IMG/VR virus record: IMGVR_UViG_3300036798_000218
Span: 1-60,281 of that record
Source of the DNA: a virus
Taxonomy: Duplodnaviria > Caudoviricetes
Length of the DNA: 60,281 nucleotides
Direction: 5' to 3' (one strand)
Shown: in pieces, positions 46,976-57,075 of the stretch
Numbering within the stretch: the first letter of the stretch is position 1
How the letters are laid out: the number at the start of each line of letters is the position of its first letter
Program-made: the position numbers and the translations under genes
Notes under the pieces: model-generated
The model's database searches: none
Told to the model about the DNA's origin: nothing
What the model saw: only the letters and a program-made list of their open reading frames with translations

Positions 46976-49900
46976 TATGATAAGACCTGTGTTCCAGCAG
47001 CAGCCGCTAAGGCATGGTCTCTTGGATGCATGCTATGAGGACTTATTTTGTGACGTGGTTCTTCATGATGGCGAGGTAGAGAAGGTTTTGCCTTCTTCTT
47101 ATCATGTTGTTGGCGAGCATGTTGTCCTTTCAACATGTCAATTCCATGATGCATGTCAGACGCTTTAGCCCCCCTACCTTTAACTCCTAGATTAATAGGT
47201 CTTGATCTAGGCATTGGAACGTCAGGATGCATTTCCTCACTAGATTCTTCAAGACTTTTCTCAATATCTTCATGAGTCACAGATGTAGATGTAGATGGAC
47301 TACCATGTATAGGTGTATACTGTTCACGATCAAGCCGACGAAGACTCCGCTCAATATGTCTACGAGCTACAGGAGTGAACCTACTATCTTCACCTTCACT
47401 AATAGTTAAACTAGATCTTATACTTTTAGGTTTCATTTCCCTTAGCGCTTTATCCCTTTGAGCATCGGTAGTTGGCTTAAACTCTTTATCAAGACCTAAC
47501 TCTAATGCCTGTCTGGCATTGTGCTTCACACTAGCTCTTGCTCGATCTCGAAGAAACGCCCCGCCTTCATCACTACGAGTATGATCACCACGCAATACAT
47601 CACCTGTAAAAGCAGGAGGGTTTTTCAAAATCAATAAATCACCAGATTCGATGGGATGTTCCCCACGAGCATAAGAATCATCAAGAAATGGACGACGTAA
47701 ACTCTCTAAGTCTTTTAGCATTTCTGGTGATGGATGATGCTTATCAAATAAAGGATGAATTCCTCCAGTTCCTTTACCAGCAGCCTGAGGAAGATCTTCA
47801 CCTTGACTTAATTCAGGGTGTATCCCCCCAGTCCCTTTACCAGCACCTCTAGATTCTTGATCAGCACGGATACGACCAGCAGTCATAAACCCAGGTTCAT
47901 GTCGAGTAGGTCTCGTAGTAGCTGTTGTAGCTCCTGTACCTGTTGGTTTGGCAAATTCAGGAAAAAGTTCAGGATCAGGAGTCCATTTGTACGTACCTGG
48001 AGCAGGACCCTGGTCTACTGGTTGAGTAGAAGGTTGAGTGCCAACTCCTGGGCTTGTACGGTCTTGCTGCCTGAAAGTTGCGATAGCCGCCCGAGCTTGA
48101 TCAGGCGTCATCGGATGTCGCCGACCTTCCTCCCAGGCTTTCACAAGCCAGTCGGGTGCGTTCACACGACGGCCTTTAGCACCCCATACCACGGGTGTCC
48201 CTAAGCCAACGTGCATACGGGAAAATCCCATGTAGGACCCGTCCTTACCAAACCCGATCCCAGTAGCGCCAGCGGCGGCAGCTGCCCGCACATAGGTCTT
48301 CATTTTCTCAAGGTCCGCGGAGTTGCGAACATCTAGCTTTTTTCCGGTTGCCGCATCGTAAAGATCAACATCTCCAGCGGGGGCGCTCAGACTGTGCCGT
48401 TTATGACCGGGCTCGATCCCGTGTGCAACATCAGTGCGAACACCAGCAACTGTACCGGCGTATTCCATTTGCTGCCGCAACACTGGAGGCATCTGACCTC
48501 CGGTTCCGCTGTGTGTGACAGCACCAGCACCAGTTGCTGGATCATATAACCTAGCATCTGTTTTTCCAGGTGGCTGGACAGCAGGTTGATTAGCAGCAGT
48601 AGCTCCTCCTTCTCTAGCTAACGTCTTCATTCCATTAGAATGATCTGGATTATCACCACCAAGAACCCCAGGCGGACGCTCAAACGCAGGTGACTTTTCC
48701 GAACGCCCTGTAGTGTCAAGTCTTCCCGGATTTCGAGGCGTATTCTTAAAAAACTCACTTAACGTAGAATGATTAGCTCCTGCACTGTGACCAATAACAT
48801 CATACGATCCCGGGTTATCCTTTACAAACTGGGCAGCCTCTTTGGCTTGAGTATATTCAAAGTACTTAACAGTCTGTCCTCTATTTTTAGCTATTGCCTC
48901 TACAGAAGCAGAGTCAATCTGTCCACCTAGTCCTTTAAATACAATCAAAGTACCGCCAGTACCAGTGGAAGAGGTAGCTCCAGGTGGCTGAGTAGATGGA
49001 ACGCTTCCAGGTTGATCAAACCCCTTCATTGCTCTGGGGTCCATCTTACCAGTATTCCATGCTTGATCAGCAGTATGAGGTCTAACTTGAAGATAATTAG
49101 GATTTCCAATTAATTTAACTTCATCTTGTCTTCTAACTTCCAACCCATGTAAAACCTGTCCTCCAGCTTTTTTATACTGTACAAATATTCTTTTAATTTC
49201 ATCAATATTACCAGATCTAACCGCATCACCTAGACCAGACTTCATCCATCCCCGACCAGCATTAAACGTTAATGAAGTCAAAGCTAGCTTAGTCCCATCA
49301 TCTAGTTTAGGATTTAACTTATTTATTTCCGCTAAGTCTGATGAAAGTACTTGATTCATCCTACTTCTAGCTTCAGGCTCAGAAATGACCTGACCCGGTT
49401 TACCTGAAGTACCATAACCAATACTCCATGTATTAACATCTTTAAATGCTTTAGCTGAAAAATTTTCCTGGGAAGCTACCCATGCTGGTAATCTACTCTG
49501 AAGATTACCACCACCAAGATTCGCACCAGGAGTAGCACCAGGAGTAGCACCAGGAGTACTTGGTGAAGGACCTGTATAAGGACCTGCACCTGCACTCCCT
49601 GGCCAAGGAAGAACTCCTGGTTGGTTAGTTATATCGTGTCCAGGCATTGGCCCCCAAGGGGTTTTAATTGCTGTCCCTCCAGAAGGCCCAGACCCAGGCC
49701 ACCGATAGGTGCCACCAGGAACGTTTTGACCCTCAGGCCAAGGCAGTGTTAGTGGTGGAGCACCTTCAGGAGGAACACCACTGCCTGTTGGCATTGAACC
49801 CCAGGGGGTTTTAATTCTATCACTCAAATTAGGAGCAGGAGGAGCAGTAGTGGTAACTGGTGTAGTTGTATCTGGTGTAGACGTATCAGGGGATGATCTT

Positions 49901-51279
49901 CCACCTGTACGTCCTCCTCCCCTAGCTGGACCCCTAGGCATTCCTGCACCAAATCCACTCCCAGGAAATCCAGGTTGAGTACCTAACCCACCTGCGCCTA
50001 TGCCACCTCCAACTCCAGGTATATCAAGAGATGCTAGTCCAAATCCACCTCCGCCGCTGCTGACTCCAATATTACCTCCTTGAAGTGTCTTTAGTATAGC
50101 GGACAATAACTCAGTTTGTTTGCTCATCAAACTTACAACAAGATCACCTTTCTGTTGATCAGCTGGAATAAATCTTCTATCGTCAATATTTTCAGAAGCA
50201 GTTATATCTCCAAGGAAATTCTGTCTCGTATCAAAAGTTCCTCTCGCTGCTGGATTTCGACGCTGTATTGGAACTTCGGGAATATTATCTATACCAAGTT
50301 CTTTACCAAGGTCTCGATTAGTTCTTGGTTGGGCTGGAGTTATCTTAGGAATAACATTAGGATTAGGTTTAAGTCCCGGAACAACATGCTCCACATTAGG
50401 CCATTCTGGCAGTCCCTGTTGCTTTCTCCATTCCGGCCATGTTACTCCAGGCATATCTTTTAGTTTCTCTTTATTCTCCTGCATCGTTTGATATATCCAA
50501 ATAGCTAAATCAAGTGCTTTAATACCTGTGCCACCAGGACCTAAACCACCAGGACCAAAACCAAAAGCACCTTTAATAGCAGCTTTAAATGCTTCACTTG
50601 TAAGAGCTTGAGCAATAGCATTACCAACAATATTACCAATTAACTCTTCAGTAAAGCTTCCACTACCACCGCCAGCTTCCTCAAAACCTGCCTTCATAAA
50701 ACCACGCTGTGGTACAGTATGCGGAGAGAAATACTGACGAATACTTTTCATCAACTCGAAACCTTGCTTGAATAAAATTGCAGTCTCTTTAATAGCATGA
50801 TAATTTTCTTGCATTGCTTTCACTACTAACCCAAGACCAGGGTCAATAGCTGTAGCAGCTGCCGTAGTACCAATACCTATACCACCTCGACCCGTAGAAG
50901 CTTGGTCCCAAATACCACCTCTAACTCTCTTAAGCTGTGCAGTTAATTCTTTCAGTTCTCCTATGTTCTTAAGAGCTACAAGTGCCTCAGCGATTTGCCT
51001 TTGAAGCTCTGGAGTTATCCCCCTCTGAGAAGGGTCTCTTGCAGCTTGTTTAAAATCCTCTCGTAAGGTAGTCAAAATATCGACTACCTTTTGAGAGTTA
51101 GCCTTATCACCTTTCAATAAATCAACAACCTTACCCAGCTCATTAGTATTATTCTCAGACAACTTGTCAATAGCTCTAGTCAACTCGCTTATGGCACCTG
51201 CCGAAATATCCGAAGTAGACATCCCTTGAGCAAGGGATGCAGGACCAGATGTAAGAAAACGCCGTGAAAGTTCAGCCAT
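46975..51279 (-). CDS. Tape-measure-like protein with GH24 lysozyme and further hydrolase-like domains
   Basis: QENF..AFKD..WSIGYG..ALTSLTFNAG..GLEVRR.DE lysozyme, GHSAG motif, RH...GDVD...GIG...MHV motif. Confidence 0.75.
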   Translation of the reverse strand: MAELSRRFLTSGPASLAQGMSTSDISAGAISELTRAIDKLSENNTNELGKVVDLLKGDKANSQKVVDILTTLREDFKQAARDPSQRGITPELQRQIAEALVALKNIGELKELTAQLKRVRGGIWDQASTGRGGIGIGTTAAATAIDPGLGLVVKAMQENYHAIKETAILFKQGFELMKSIRQYFSPHTVPQRGFMKAGFEEAGGGSGSFTEELIGNIVGNAIAQALTSEAFKAAIKGAFGFGPGGLGPGGTGIKALDLAIWIYQTMQENKEKLKDMPGVTWPEWRKQQGLPEWPNVEHVVPGLKPNPNVIPKITPAQPRTNRDLGKELGIDNIPEVPIQRRNPAARGTFDTRQNFLGDITASENIDDRRFIPADQQKGDLVVSLMSKQTELLSAILKTLQGGNIGVSSGGGGFGLASLDIPGVGGGIGAGGLGTQPGFPGSGFGAGMPRGPARGGGRTGGRSSPDTSTPDTTTPVTTTAPPAPNLSDRIKTPWGSMPTGSGVPPEGAPPLTLPWPEGQNVPGGTYRWPGSGPSGGTAIKTPWGPMPGHDITNQPGVLPWPGSAGAGPYTGPSPSTPGATPGATPGANLGGGNLQSRLPAWVASQENFSAKAFKDVNTWSIGYGTSGKPGQVISEPEARSRMNQVLSSDLAEINKLNPKLDDGTKLALTSLTFNAGRGWMKSGLGDAVRSGNIDEIKRIFVQYKKAGGQVLHGLEVRRQDEVKLIGNPNYLQVRPHTADQAWNTGKMDPRAMKGFDQPGSVPSTQPPGATSSTGTGGTLIVFKGLGGQIDSASVEAIAKNRGQTVKYFEYTQAKEAAQFVKDNPGSYDVIGHSAGANHSTLSEFFKNTPRNPGRLDTTGRSEKSPAFERPPGVLGGDNPDHSNGMKTLAREGGATAANQPAVQPPGKTDARLYDPATGAGAVTHSGTGGQMPPVLRQQMEYAGTVAGVRTDVAHGIEPGHKRHSLSAPAGDVDLYDAATGKKLDVRNSADLEKMKTYVRAAAAAGATGIGFGKDGSYMGFSRMHVGLGTPVVWGAKGRRVNAPDWLVKAWEEGRRHPMTPDQARAAIATFRQQDRTSPGVGTQPSTQPVDQGPAPGTYKWTPDPELFPEFAKPTGTGATTATTRPTRHEPGFMTAGRIRADQESRGAGKGTGGIHPELSQGEDLPQAAGKGTGGIHPLFDKHHPSPEMLKDLESLRRPFLDDSYARGEHPIESGDLLILKNPPAFTGDVLRGDHTRSDEGGAFLRDRARASVKHNARQALELGLDKEFKPTTDAQRDKALREMKPKSIRSSLTISEGEDSRFTPVARRHIERSLRRLDREQYTPIHGSPSTSTSVTHEDIEKSLEESSEEMHPDVPMPRSRPINLGVKGRGAKASDMHHGIDMLKGQHARQQHDKKKAKPSLPRHHEEPRHKISPHSMHPRDHALAAAAGTQVLS

Positions 51280-53489
51280 TAGCTAAATCCCTGACCTCCT
51301 AATGTCGCCATACCAACGTCAGAGAAAATTGCACCAGAAGGTGACTGGGACGGACTTATTATTGCAGGATGAGGCGGTGCCTGTAGTCTCTCTTCTTCGT
51401 GGTCTTCGGTTTGAATACGATGTGCTGTATCATCCAACATCGCAATTCCATGATGCATATCAGATGCAGTAGGCATATCTCTACCAACACCAAGATCAGC
51501 ACGTTGGCCAGTATGAAAACCTTCGGCATGATCTTCTCTCGGAGAATACATAATAGGATGTGATGCAGAAGATCTAGAAAGGTCTTGTCCACGAAGTTCT
51601 CTAAAAGCCTGTGCAGAAGGCGCCTTAGTTGGCTGAGATCCAGGAACAGGGCTATAACCACGAGCCTCTGTAGTCGCAGCACCACTGGTAGCTGCTAGTT
51701 GCTTTTGAATAAATCCAGAATGCTCTGGCGACAACTTATATTTTTCACTAATGCCTTCTGAAGGCTGTTTACCTGCTGTAACACCTTCTGGTAAATTCGC
51801 CCCAATATATCTAAGATACGCACCACCTTGAAGGGCTGACTCTTTCATAGAGCCAAACACCATCTGAGAAGCAGGTGCATTGTAGTCCAGTATATCAGGA
51901 TGTTTCCCGGCTGGACCACCAGGACCTATATCAGAATGAGGCAGAATAAATGATTGTCCAGCATTTTCTCCACGCTCTGGTGTCACTAGATAATATCCAC
52001 CAAGAGTTTCGCGACCTCGACGTCCTGGCTGTCCCAGAGGGCCTTTCCCTTTCGGTGTCCAAAGATTATACCCATATGCAATGCCTGGGGTTTCTTGAGG
52101 CAATCCGCTTTGTGCTGGACCTATAGGCTTAGTACGATCAGTATAAGTAGCTCCGGTTTCTGGATCAGTATATGTGACTGATTTACTTCCAGTTGGACCT
52201 GTATAATAAATTGTTGACGTAGGCGGGTGAAATGTTTGGTCCATTGGATCAGAAATAGCAGGCTTAGCAAGAGGGGGCCTCCCAGCGTTAGGGTCTCTAT
52301 GACCTTTATCGTCTTTAATAGGCGTAACAGTAACAGGTGAATCTTTTGCCTGTACCACGGAAGGTTTAGTTACGACTTCAGACCTGCCACGAGAACGAAC
52401 GTGTTCAGGCCCTCTCTCACCAACAACAGCTCTCCTACGTGGGTGTACTACTCCACCTTCAGCTAAGAATTTGACACCGCCACCGACTACGATATTGCCT
52501 TTTTGAAGGGTCCGTAATATCTCAGCTAGTAATTCAGTATGCACCTGTAGAAACTTTATAATCGTATCCTCTTTCTGTTGATCAGCTGAAACTGCGTCAA
52601 ACCCACCAAGAAGATGTACACCACCTTCTATAGGACCAGCAGAAACTGGAGGATCAGGTTGCGATGAAGGAACAGTCTTTCCCTTCCCTTTTGGATTTTT
52701 ATCTGGCTCTGGCGTATCAGAATCACTTGTTACCTTCAGGCCTAAACCAACACCAACAGCTGCGATGAACCCTAACCCTATAGCTTTACCAATGCCAGGA
52801 GCCGCCTTCACCAAAGCCCTTCCTATTGCAGTTCCTGTAGCCGCACGACCAATTGCACCAGCAAAACCTCCACCACGGCCGCCGACACTCGGGACACTAG
52901 CCCCCATAAAACCACGTTGTGGTATCTTATGAGGAGAAAAGAATCTGTAAATACCTCTAAAAACATCAATCGTTAACTTAAATCCTTCTCCAAGGATATG
53001 GAAAGTTTCCTTGATAGCTTGAGCGTTTTCTTGTGCTGCCTTTACCAGTAGTCCAAGTCCAGGATCAATAGCAGTGGCAGCTGCTGTTGTAGCAGTACCT
53101 ACAGCTCCTCTACCTGAAAGAGCTTGATTACCTAGGCCAGTTCCAAATTTCTTGAGATGTGTAGTTAATTCTTTAAGATCACCTATACCTTTGAGAGCTA
53201 CAAGTGCTTCAGCAAGTTGTCTTTGTAGTTCCGGGGTTATACCTTTCTGGGAAGAGTCTTTTGCTGCTTGCTTAAAAGCTTCTCGTAAGGTAGTCAAGAT
53301 CGTAACTACCTTCTCGGTATTAGCTTTATCACCTTTCAATAAGTCAACAACCTTACTCAGTTCGTTAGTATTGTTATTTGATAGCTTATCAATAGCCTTA
53401 GTTAATTCTGCTATAGCACCTGACGCAATATCCCCCATAGGGATAGGACCAGCAGTAAGAAACTGGCGAGACATTTCAGACAAGATCAT
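51279..53489 (-). CDS. Tape-measure-like paralogue
   Basis: The N-terminal ~200 aa are highly similar to 46975..51279. LAEGGVV..VGERGPE motif. Start at 53489 or 53474. Confidence 0.75.
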   Translation of the reverse strand: MILSEMSRQFLTAGPIPMGDIASGAIAELTKAIDKLSNNNTNELSKVVDLLKGDKANTEKVVTILTTLREAFKQAAKDSSQKGITPELQRQLAEALVALKGIGDLKELTTHLKKFGTGLGNQALSGRGAVGTATTAAATAIDPGLGLLVKAAQENAQAIKETFHILGEGFKLTIDVFRGIYRFFSPHKIPQRGFMGASVPSVGGRGGGFAGAIGRAATGTAIGRALVKAAPGIGKAIGLGFIAAVGVGLGLKVTSDSDTPEPDKNPKGKGKTVPSSQPDPPVSAGPIEGGVHLLGGFDAVSADQQKEDTIIKFLQVHTELLAEILRTLQKGNIVVGGGVKFLAEGGVVHPRRRAVVGERGPEHVRSRGRSEVVTKPSVVQAKDSPVTVTPIKDDKGHRDPNAGRPPLAKPAISDPMDQTFHPPTSTIYYTGPTGSKSVTYTDPETGATYTDRTKPIGPAQSGLPQETPGIAYGYNLWTPKGKGPLGQPGRRGRETLGGYYLVTPERGENAGQSFILPHSDIGPGGPAGKHPDILDYNAPASQMVFGSMKESALQGGAYLRYIGANLPEGVTAGKQPSEGISEKYKLSPEHSGFIQKQLAATSGAATTEARGYSPVPGSQPTKAPSAQAFRELRGQDLSRSSASHPIMYSPREDHAEGFHTGQRADLGVGRDMPTASDMHHGIAMLDDTAHRIQTEDHEEERLQAPPHPAIISPSQSPSGAIFSDVGMATLGGQGFS

Positions 53490-53910
53490 TACTCTGCGTA
53501 GAATTAATAGGCTCAACAAATTCTAGGTGATCTACTATAGGACACCTACTTGCACCTTTATTAATATGTCCAAGCATACCTACTCCCTTTCCTCTCTTTC
53601 CACATCTAGGACAGATATAAAATAATCTAGCATTGTGATTCGCACTCAAGGCCGCTGCTCTTTGAAGTTCTCCAGTTTTTGAATTATGTTTAGGACTAGC
53701 AATAGACGCTCGCCAAGCTGTCCCTATAGCAACCCCACTCTTTCCCAAAAGAGCCGAAGCTTTCCCCGCCACAGATGACTTCTGTGACCTCTGTTCTGGT
53801 GTTAATCTAGAAAACGGCTCAGCTGCATTCTCAGACCATTCTTCCCATCTAAAGTTCCACCTACTCATTTCAGTATCTAGTTGATGATGAGAGTATATTT
53901 GATTCGTCAT
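53476..53910 (-). CDS. Truncated HNH-like endonuclease with Zn knuckle, inserted at the 5' end of the tape-measure-like gene
   Basis: RWNFRW...N and CPRCGKRGKG..M..HI are shared with 3627..4253. GGAGGT RBS. Confidence 0.65.
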   Translation of the reverse strand: MTNQIYSHHQLDTEMSRWNFRWEEWSENAAEPFSRLTPEQRSQKSSVAGKASALLGKSGVAIGTAWRASIASPKHNSKTGELQRAAALSANHNARLFYICPRCGKRGKGVGMLGHINKGASRCPIVDHLEFVEPINSTQSNDLV

Positions 53911-53935
53911 TGTTACCTCCAACTAAGTTCAGCCA

Positions 53936-54982
53936 TTATTTCTTACCTACTATGGATTTGAATGGTGCTTGACCACCTTCTATATCTAGTTCTACCTCAT
54001 GACGCGCTTCTTCAAGAATCTTGGCAGCTAGATTGGCAGGTACCCTTGGAATGGTCATAGTACCTGTTTGATTGATATCAGGTTTTATCGTCTGTGGGGA
54101 CTCATCGATGCCACTCTCGCTTCTAACTCTTGCTTCACGTTGGCTAGTTCCTCCAACTCCCGTTGGTGACGCTTGTGGAGCCACAGCAATTTTTGAAAGG
54201 ACATGCTCCTTTGCTCGCTTGGCATCAGCCTTAGATGCTTTATTAGGAAGTATTCTAATTCGTACAGCTGCTGAATCGGTATCAGTGGGAAAGAATTCAA
54301 AGATTGAAAAGCGAAAGGAAACTTTCTGGTCACCCCCACACTTTTCACACTTGCAGTCCATGATATTGTCAGGACCGTATTTGAAGGCTCTCTTAAACCC
54401 ATCGATTACAAAGATGTCTTCTGGAGTAAATACCTTGTTGAGAAAATCCCATTTTTCCAATGGATCGTAGTTAGTATCCAACTCCATCATGCAAAGAAGC
54501 TCAGCTTTCCGAAGGTGAGCTTCAGTAGGATTGTCTATTTGCAAGAGCTTGATTTGGTCAGCCGCACGTACGTCATCGGTCTCCTTGGGGAGACGGAAGA
54601 CTATCGGTAGTCCACAGGGGAGGTCGAGTGTAGCACCATCGGCGGGATAGTCGTCTGGGATGGATGGTGACACTATTTTGGTGAGATCAAGCTTGGACAA
54701 ATTTGGACTAGTACAGCTTGGACAATTCCAAGGAAGATTATAGGGGAAATTCATATAGGAGTTGACACGATGCCAATACATAGTAAAAAGAAAATCTGGC
54801 TCATACATATCTTCAACAGTAATACCTTTAATGGTATTACTAACAAGACTACGCAAAGCAGTTATTGAACCCGTCTTGCGTACAATATAATATGACTCTA
54901 CTTCCGACGGACCAAACTGTCTAATAGATACATCGGACGGATAGAGCCTTGCACCGGGCAAAGTAATAGGGAAATACTGCAT
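53936..54982 (-). CDS. gp26-like baseplate hub/tail assembly chaperone
   Basis: ITLPG..Y, D..F......NSY, CPSC, LP.G....FR, C.CEKCG...FFP. Confidence 0.7.
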   Translation of the reverse strand: MQYFPITLPGARLYPSDVSIRQFGPSEVESYYIVRKTGSITALRSLVSNTIKGITVEDMYEPDFLFTMYWHRVNSYMNFPYNLPWNCPSCTSPNLSKLDLTKIVSPSIPDDYPADGATLDLPCGLPIVFRLPKETDDVRAADQIKLLQIDNPTEAHLRKAELLCMMELDTNYDPLEKWDFLNKVFTPEDIFVIDGFKRAFKYGPDNIMDCKCEKCGGDQKVSFRFSIFEFFPTDTDSAAVRIRILPNKASKADAKRAKEHVLSKIAVAPQASPTGVGGTSQREARVRSESGIDESPQTIKPDINQTGTMTIPRVPANLAAKILEEARHEVELDIEGGQAPFKSIVGKK

Positions 54983-55052
54983 GCTATTTTAACCTCCTCT
55001 AGTCTTACAGTTGAGTTTTACAGTGGGCTCCAACCTACGCGTGTATCTCCCT

Positions 55053-55130
55053 TAGGAGCCCTATAGACGAGCCGCAGGAAGGCCTTGCCTACCCTACAGC
55101 CCCCTAGGATTTAGCTCGTCAGTGGCCTTC
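55053..55130. repeat. Divergent relative of the dispersed element
   Basis: TAGGAGCC..GACGAGC..CTACCCT..AGCCC..GCTCGTCAGTGGCC, with arms and centre resembling copies A and B. Confidence 0.5.
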
Positions 55131-55150
55131 CCTCGCAGGGGAAATGGCCA

Positions 55151-55306
55151 TCAATGGAAGACGCGTGCTAATCCACCTATTAATTCGCTCGCTATCCAAC
55201 AGGCAATAGCCAAAGGCAGGAAATGCCATGGAGGGAAATCCCACCGGGTTGCGATACAGGCGAAAACGAATGCGAACACGAGAAGCACAAGCCCGACATT
55301 ATTCAA
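55151..55306 (-). CDS. 51-aa two-helix membrane protein
   Basis: GGAGGT RBS, TTG start, MNNVGLVLLVFAFVFACIATRWDFPPWHFLPLAIACWIASELIGGLARVFH. Confidence 0.65.
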   Translation of the reverse strand: MNNVGLVLLVFAFVFACIATRWDFPPWHFLPLAIACWIASELIGGLARVFH

Positions 55307-55308
55307 AA

Positions 55309-55446
55309 CTACCTCCTACTTTCTATGTAGTTGGCCAAAGCACGGATACGCTCTGGATCTTCTTTCAATTGTCCAAGTGCCATATTACAGTTCATAGGAA
55401 ACTCTTCATTACCTTCCATCAGTGCTTCAATCCAACATTCTGCATC
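55309..55446 (-). pseudogene. Endonuclease VII-like remnant
   Basis: NCNMALGQLKEDPERIRALANYIE matches the Endo VII C-terminal pattern CN..LG...D....L....YL. Confidence 0.6.
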
Positions 55447-55460
55447 TCAGTACCCTTTCC

Positions 55461-56207
55461 TTAAAGACTTAATCTCTGGATATTGTTAAACTTAAAAGCT
55501 GCGCCTCCAGGAACTATCCTACGCTGCTGTGCCTTTACAAGGTTCGATGATGCACCTTCTTCAGTTGCTGAATTAGTGACGACCCTATTTACTGCAAATG
55601 ATTGGGCTATCGCTGTCCTACCCGAAGGTTCATAATCCAGACGTAACGGAGCCATAACAGTGGGAAAACATTTCTGGTAAACAATTCTATACGTAGTTTC
55701 ATTCCCATAGCTTTGAAGTATAACTGTAATATCTTGAAGATAACCATCAGTTCCTTCGGGATAGTTATAAGTACCATCATCTAAGCCTGTATTAATATTA
55801 TAGTTCCTTATTTTCTTCTTCCAAGCTAGTATGTAATCTATAGGAGTCATCGCTTCATCGCCATAAAACAACATACGTAACTCAGTAGCGTCAAAAAAGT
55901 CTGCTTGGAAATGGTGTCTCCCGCCGATCGGGTGATTGTCAGGTGCAGTGTTGTCAAATCCAGGTTCTATGGATTGGACAATAGGCACTCTTACAGCACC
56001 AAACTTCGGTAACTGAACATTAAACTTCCAGACCCGATGTGGCTCTGGGACAGGCTCTCCGTTAAAGGTATAGTTAGTTATTATACCATCAGTACCAGGA
56101 GTTCCTGAGAAATTATTAGCAAAAGTTGGTGACGGTGTTGGAGTTGGAGTAGCAACTATTACATCAGAAGCAGCTACATTGGGCATAGGTATTAGTGCAT
56201 TAGCCAT
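55461..56207 (-). CDS. Tail tube-like protein (gp19/gp54 paralogue)
   Basis: L.M.FY.D...W...I..G...YP..Y..DI...Y..CFP....L.LDY. Confidence 0.7.
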   Translation of the reverse strand: MANALIPMPNVAASDVIVATPTPTPSPTFANNFSGTPGTDGIITNYTFNGEPVPEPHRVWKFNVQLPKFGAVRVPIVQSIEPGFDNTAPDNHPIGGRHHFQADFFDATELRMLFYGDEAMTPIDYILAWKKKIRNYNINTGLDDGTYNYPEGTDGYLQDITVILQSYGNETTYRIVYQKCFPTVMAPLRLDYEPSGRTAIAQSFAVNRVVTNSATEEGASSNLVKAQQRRIVPGGAAFKFNNIQRLSL

Positions 56208-56219
56208 AACGTATAGTCC

Positions 56220-57052
56220 TTACCCGGTAAACGTAGTAGTAGTACCGCCTATACCACCTGACAATCCTTGCCCAGAGATAGCGTCCATATCACAGTAGTC
56301 GAAGCTCCAAGTGATATCAGGAGCCACTGCTGTACTCTGAGCCATCTGAAGAGCTATGGCAGGATTGGCAATAGGAAATAGTCCATAAAGATAGTTGGCA
56401 ACTATGGGATTATTCGGGTTGTCATACATCTGGATTTTAGCAGTAGATTGAATGTCAGTCTTATTGGCGCCCACCCCTGTGATCCAGTTGTATGCCGTCT
56501 TCATCCATGAAGCGATGGCAATACGGATTTCCGAATTGGTGCCTTCGACCAGAGTTGTCCTCCAGGTATGGCTGAACCTGATCCGCCCGCCATAGACCAG
56601 CGTAAATCCAGCCAAGTCCACTGGCACCTGATCAAGGGCTATTCCAGGTAATTCAGTCGCAGTACAACGAAGACTCAGTAACTGGGAGGAGATGCCACCT
56701 CTCGCTGGAGATATTGTCATTTGGAATTGATACCTGATCTTCGCTAGAGTTCGCTAGGCTCTAACCGTTCCTTAGAGGAACTGCTCATAGTTACCTATGA
56801 GAGGAGACTATATCATCAACCACTCGGGTTGTGTGGTGCTTCGGGTCGCTTGACCCTACTCCCTCTCGGGATAGTCGTTACACGTTCCCCTTACGGGGCT
56901 CCGCTCGGTATTGTCCTAGCTTACGCAGCTAGGAGTTCCACCGAATTCTCCACATTGTCATTAGCGAATTGCTTCACTACGGGGCTAAAAATTCAACCCT
57001 TTAACGGATCCACCAATCCTTGCACGTCATTGATGGTAACTGGACCTGCCAT
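56220..57052 (-). CDS. Tail tube protein (gp19-like), spliced: exon 1 56996..57052, exon 2 56220..56732
   Basis: GAGGAG RBS. Exon 1 MAGPVTINDVQGLVDPLKG joins in frame to YQFQMTIS..C..TELPG..GRIRFSHTW..LFP..ITWSFDY (189 aa). Confidence 0.85.
56733..56995 (-). ncRNA. Group I self-splicing intron without ORF (263 nt)
   Basis: The 5' exon ends in U and pairs with a GCCC guide. Core elements GAAUUCGGUGGAA, AAUACCGAGC, AACGACUA and GAUAUAGUC (P7 pairing GACUA/UAGUC). Terminal G. Removal restores the frame. Confidence 0.9.
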
Positions 57053-57075
57053 TGCTGTACTCCTCTTTCGTGTTG

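Noticed and set aside
48060-48500. GC-rich patch resembling the dispersed element
   Set aside because: It lies in coding sequence and gives no convincing alignment by eye. It more likely reflects a recently acquired domain.
55115-55122. CUGACGAG on the minus strand, resembling a hammerhead ribozyme core
   Set aside because: No stem II followed by GAAA and no matching stems I/III could be found.
55122-55464. Plus-strand ORFs 55122..55397 and 55228..55464
   Set aside because: The minus strand gives a better-supported membrane ORF with RBS and an Endo VII remnant, in line with operon direction.
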